From NCBI GenBank assembly GCA_963780475.1, contig CAWACB010000008.1, forward strand, positions 617,857 to 681,856: a stretch of DNA of 64,000 bases, read 5' to 3'. The stretch comes from an uncultured Solirubrobacterales bacterium (GTDB lineage Bacteria; Actinomycetota; Thermoleophilia; Solirubrobacterales; JBBDJG01). A program made the position numbers and the translations under genes. Shown here in pieces: positions 60,582 to 64,000 of this stretch. The first letter of the stretch is position 1. Every line of letters begins with the position of its first letter. The notes beneath the pieces are model-generated. The model was given only the letters and a program-made list of their open reading frames with translations, ran no database searches and was not told the DNA's origin.

Positions 60582-63419
60582 TCAGCGAACCTTGACCACC
60601 ACACTGCCGAGCCGGGTGGAGGGGCTCCCCGCCCGGTGCCTCGTCCTGACGGTCACGTTGACGCGCACGCGCTTTCCCGCGCGCCGCAGCTTCCGCTGAG
60701 CTGCCCGGGCGACGCGCACTTTGACGGTCGCCGACCGGCGCTGGCCGAGGAAAAAGGAGCGGTTGCCCAGCCTCAGCGTGCGCTTGCGCCCCCCGGGCTT
60801 GGAGGGGACGCGTGCACTGACCGCGACGGAGCCCCGGTTTGCCTGCTTGCACGTCAACCGCAGAGGCACAACGCCGCTTCTGGTGAGCTGAGCCGTTCGC
60901 CCGGTGACGCTGCAGCGGCCTTTGACACTGAGACCGTTCAGATCCTCGCAATCTCGTCCGACCCGGTCTCCGGCGTCAGCCCGCACGGCATCCTCCTCGG
61001 CGCCGCAGGCGACACTTCCCCGGGCACCGTCCACGGTGTTGATCAGGTCCTTGCCGGAGCCGGTACGGACGCTGCGGATGTCGGAGCCGACCCGGTCGCC
61101 CTCGCCCCGTTCGCCGTCGTTTGCCTGGCCGTCGAAGCTCACGCGTACGCGGCCGGTGCGCAGGGAGTAGTCCACGGTGTCGTTGCCGCCGCCGCCGCCG
61201 ATTGCATCGCCGCCGCCCCCGCTGTCCAGGACGTCGTCGCCGGGCCCGCCGGCGAGGGAGTCGCGGCCGTTGCCGGCGCGGATGAGATCGGCACCGGTCG
61301 AGCCGTCCAGCCGGTCGTCGCCGTCGGCGCCGTAGATGACGTCGTTGTTCGCGCCACCGGCAACCAGGTCGCCGCCCCCGCGCGCGTCCAGTACGTCGTC
61401 TCCCGAGCCGCCGTCCAGGGTGTCGGCGCCCTCGCTGCCGGTCAGCCGGTCATTGCCCGCGCCGCCTACCGCGCCCTCGACCTCGGAGAGGGCGTCGTTC
61501 TCGCCGGGCTCGCCGGCCGAGCCGGGCGCCGCCAGGTCGACTGTCACCGGCGCCTGCCGTCGCGCGTAGCTGACGTTGTCCGAGCCGGGGCCGCCCACGA
61601 GCGCGTCCGCGCCGGTGCCACCGTCGAGCGAGTCGTCGCCCGGTCCTCCGAGCAGCCGGTTCCCGCTCCCGTCGCCCACGAGCACGTCTGGCCCGCTTCC
61701 GCCAAGCACGGTGGCAATGTCGCCGGCGACGTTGTCCCCCTCGCCCGGGGCCCCGTCGTTGGCGATTCCGTCCAAGCTGACGCTGAGGGCGTCCGCACGG
61801 GCGGAGTAGTCGGCCGTATTCTCGCCCGGCCCGCCCGTCATCTCGTCCGGCCCGGCGCCGCCCGCGAGGACGTCGTGGCCTCCCTCGCCGGATAGCGCGT
61901 TCGCGCCGGAGTCGCCGGTCAACGTGTCGTTGTTGTCCGACCCGACCACGTTCTCGCCGCCGGAGAGGGCATCGGTACCGGCGCCGACTGTCTCCTGAAA
62001 GCCGGCGACACCGAGGTCGACCGTCACAGGCCCCGTCGAGGACGCATACGAGAAGGTGTCCACGCCCGTGCCTCCGTCGAGGGAATCGTTGCCGAGATTG
62101 CCCTCGAGAATGTCATTGTCGGGGCCGCCGTCGAGCACGTCCGGTCCGGCTCCGCCCACGAGCGCGTCGTTGCCTCCTTCGCCCGAGAGCACGTTGGCGC
62201 CGGCGTCCCCGAACAACGCGTCGTTGCCGCCGGAACCGCGCAGGTTCTCGCCGTCGGAGAGGGCATCGGTCCCAGCGCCGGCCGTGTCCTGATCGCCGGC
62301 AACGCCGAGGTCCACCCTCACGGGCCCCGTCGCGGACGCATAAGAGAAGGTGTCGACGCCTTCATCGCCGTCGAGAGCGTCGGTGCCCGACCCGCCCTCG
62401 AGGGTGTCATCGTCAGGGCCGCCATTCAGGCTGTCGGCGCCGTCTGACCCCTCGACCTGGTCGTCACCGGTGCCGCCGTCGAGCACGTCCGCATCGGCAC
62501 CTCCGTCGAGCGAATCGGAGCCGTCGCCGCCGGTCAGGGTGTCGTCGCCGGTGCCGCCACTCAGAGTGTCGGCGCCGTCTGATCCCTCGACCTGGTCGTC
62601 ACCGGTGCCGCCGTCGAGCACGTCCGCATCGGCACCTCCGTCGAGCGAATCGGAGCCGTCGCCGCCGGTCAGGTTGTCGTCGCCTGTATCGCCGATCAAT
62701 TCATCGGTTCCCGAAGCACCGGTCAGCTGGTCGTTTCCCGGTCCTCCGTTGAGCGAGTCCATGTCGGCGCCGCCGTCCAGCGAATCGGAGCCGTCACCGC
62801 CGGTCAGCTGATCGTTATCCGCCCCGCCGTCGAGGGTGTCCGTGTCCGTACCTCCGTCGAGCGAATCGGCGCCGTCGCCACCAGTCAGCGTGTCGTCGCC
62901 GGCGCCGCCCGTCAGCTGGTCGTCGCCCGTGCCGCCGTCGAGCGAGTCCGTGTCGGCGCCGCCGTCGAGCGAATCGGAGCCATCGCCACCGGTCAGGGTG
63001 TCGTCGCCCGTGCCGCCGATCAATTCATCGGCCCCCAGGGCGCCGGTCAGCTGATCGTTTCCGGATCCTCCGTCGAGCGAGAGTGGCAGCGCCAGCGCCG
63101 GGTCCGGCACGAAGGAGTCGTCCCCGTCGTCGAGTTGGACCACGATCGACGCGGCGGTCGCGCTGGGACAGGTGGCGATGTTGGGAGTTCCGGGGTCAAC
63201 GCTGCACCCATCGACGCCATCTGCGTCCAACACCTCGACACCGCCGGTGGCTGTGGTGCCGGCATCGGTGAACGTCAACGACCCGGCGGAGTCCGCAATC
63301 GCAAGCGCATTCGCCTCGCCGGACGCGGCGGCATACGTGACCGTCTGCGACCCCGCGTCGAAGCCTACGGTTGCAGCATGCGCAGCGGGGGCCCCCGCCG
63401 AAGCGAGGAGCCCCCCCAA
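60582..63419 (-). CDS. large secreted RTX-type calcium-binding repeat protein with a basic C-terminal module
   Basis: 945 aa from a TTG start, with dozens of GGxGxDxL nonapeptides. The signal-like N-terminus probably begins 9-10 codons upstream (IKRKILVVLLGGLLASAGAPAAHA) at a non-canonical codon. Confidence 0.85.
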   Translation of the reverse strand: MGGLLASAGAPAAHAATVGFDAGSQTVTYAAASGEANALAIADSAGSLTFTDAGTTATGGVEVLDADGVDGCSVDPGTPNIATCPSATAASIVVQLDDGDDSFVPDPALALPLSLDGGSGNDQLTGALGADELIGGTGDDTLTGGDGSDSLDGGADTDSLDGGTGDDQLTGGAGDDTLTGGDGADSLDGGTDTDTLDGGADNDQLTGGDGSDSLDGGADMDSLNGGPGNDQLTGASGTDELIGDTGDDNLTGGDGSDSLDGGADADVLDGGTGDDQVEGSDGADTLSGGTGDDTLTGGDGSDSLDGGADADVLDGGTGDDQVEGSDGADSLNGGPDDDTLEGGSGTDALDGDEGVDTFSYASATGPVRVDLGVAGDQDTAGAGTDALSDGENLRGSGGNDALFGDAGANVLSGEGGNDALVGGAGPDVLDGGPDNDILEGNLGNDSLDGGTGVDTFSYASSTGPVTVDLGVAGFQETVGAGTDALSGGENVVGSDNNDTLTGDSGANALSGEGGHDVLAGGAGPDEMTGGPGENTADYSARADALSVSLDGIANDGAPGEGDNVAGDIATVLGGSGPDVLVGDGSGNRLLGGPGDDSLDGGTGADALVGGPGSDNVSYARRQAPVTVDLAAPGSAGEPGENDALSEVEGAVGGAGNDRLTGSEGADTLDGGSGDDVLDARGGGDLVAGGANNDVIYGADGDDRLDGSTGADLIRAGNGRDSLAGGPGDDVLDSGGGGDAIGGGGGNDTVDYSLRTGRVRVSFDGQANDGERGEGDRVGSDIRSVRTGSGKDLINTVDGARGSVACGAEEDAVRADAGDRVGRDCEDLNGLSVKGRCSVTGRTAQLTRSGVVPLRLTCKQANRGSVAVSARVPSKPGGRKRTLRLGNRSFFLGQRRSATVKVRVARAAQRKLRRAGKRVRVNVTVRTRHRAGSPSTRLGSVVVKVR
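62432..62701 (-). repeat. 135-nt in-frame tandem duplication inside the RTX gene
   Basis: Units 62432-62566 and 62567-62701 are identical over about the first 107 nt apart from 2 substitutions. Each unit encodes 45 aa, i.e. five nonapeptides (LTGGDGSDSLDGGADADVLDGGTGDDQVEGSDGAD twice). Confidence 0.8.
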
Positions 63420-63445
63420 CAGAACAACAAGGATTTTGCGTTTGA

Positions 63446-64000
63446 TCAGCGGATCTGAATGGTCAGGGCGTCTTTGTACGTCTTTGCGCGCTTCCGTGCC
63501 TTGCCCGTGCCTCGGTAGGCGCGAGCCCGTACGCCGGCGGTGACCGTCCGAGCACTCTGGACCATCTGCCGGCCGCGGCGCGACAGTGTGACTCTGATCT
63601 TCGCAGCGTCACCTGCGCTGCGCACCTTGAACCTGGCATGGCCGGCCTTCTTCCCGCCGACCTGGACTGCCACCGTTCCGCGCGCGGCGAACGGGCAGAA
63701 GAGCTTGAACGAGACGCGGCCGGTGGCACTCATCGTGCTCGGCTTCTGCACGACTCGGCACCGCCGCTCGACGACAAGCCCCTGGCTGAGGAGCACCGAG
63801 ACGTTGTCGCTGTCGATGTTCGTAACTGCCGCGTCGATTCGGCCGTCCTTGTTGAAGTCACCGGCGGCGACCCCGGACGGGTGCAAGCCCCCCGTGTTGA
63901 TGGGCGATCCCACCGCTGCGTTCAGACGCCCGCGGCCGTCGCCGAGCATCGTCGCGAGCCCGCCGTCATAGCTGGCGACAAGCACGTCGGGGGTGTTGCC
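63446..64000 (-). CDS. FG-GAP/VCBS repeat protein with a basic C-terminal module, C-terminal part (open at window end)
   Basis: GDFNKDGRIDAAVTNIDSDNVSVLL FG-GAP motif. The frame stays open to position 64000. The tail RVSFKLFCPFAARGTVAVQV...IRVTLSRRGRQMV resembles the 60582 and 5404 tails. Confidence 0.7.
   Translation of the reverse strand, partial: GNTPDVLVASYDGGLATMLGDGRGRLNAAVGSPINTGGLHPSGVAAGDFNKDGRIDAAVTNIDSDNVSVLLSQGLVVERRCRVVQKPSTMSATGRVSFKLFCPFAARGTVAVQVGGKKAGHARFKVRSAGDAAKIRVTLSRRGRQMVQSARTVTAGVRARAYRGTGKARKRAKTYKDALTIQIR

Overview
About 70% GC, gene-dense chromosomal segment of actinobacterial type; the protein families resemble Thermoleophilia/Rubrobacteria-like Actinomycetota, but the taxon cannot be proven from this window. 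I found no transposase, integrase, phage gene or CRISPR array.

Gene content, left to right:
- kdpD-kdpE and the start of kdpFA.
- A multiply broken secreted PD40/His-rich/RTX gene.
- A copper-centred cluster: two tandem secreted proteins with a PHM/dopamine-beta-monooxygenase-like ligand set, a small secreted protein, an uncharacterised membrane-anchored protein, and a CopC-CopD-YtkA fusion.
- A collagen-like (GPT)n secreted protein.
- Housekeeping genes: sufT-like, fxsA, HAD, MarP-like protease, and gltB-like.
- The lysA-hom-thrC-thrB operon and lgt.
- An M23 peptidase behind a cyclic-di-AMP (ydaO-type) riboswitch.
- A beta-oxidation gene set sharing one palindromic operator.
- A CNNM/CorC transporter, an ECF sigma pair, plsC-gpsA and tRNA-Thr(UGU).
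- An aa3-type cytochrome c oxidase operon (cupredoxin-ctaC-ctaD-ctaE). Its ctaD ORF runs into two USP-like domains and a third copy follows ctaE.
- A large RTX-repeat protein and a partial FG-GAP protein.

Caveat: roughly twenty single-base frame breaks interrupt otherwise well-conserved genes, including hom and plsC. Many sit in short G/C runs, so assembly indels are more likely than biology. Coordinates of broken genes span all fragments.

The long antisense ORFs in the six-frame track are high-GC shadow ORFs and are not called.

Best candidates for something new are the copper-monooxygenase-like cluster at 5.4-12.2 kb and the oxidase operon with USP-like modules at 54.0-59.6 kb.
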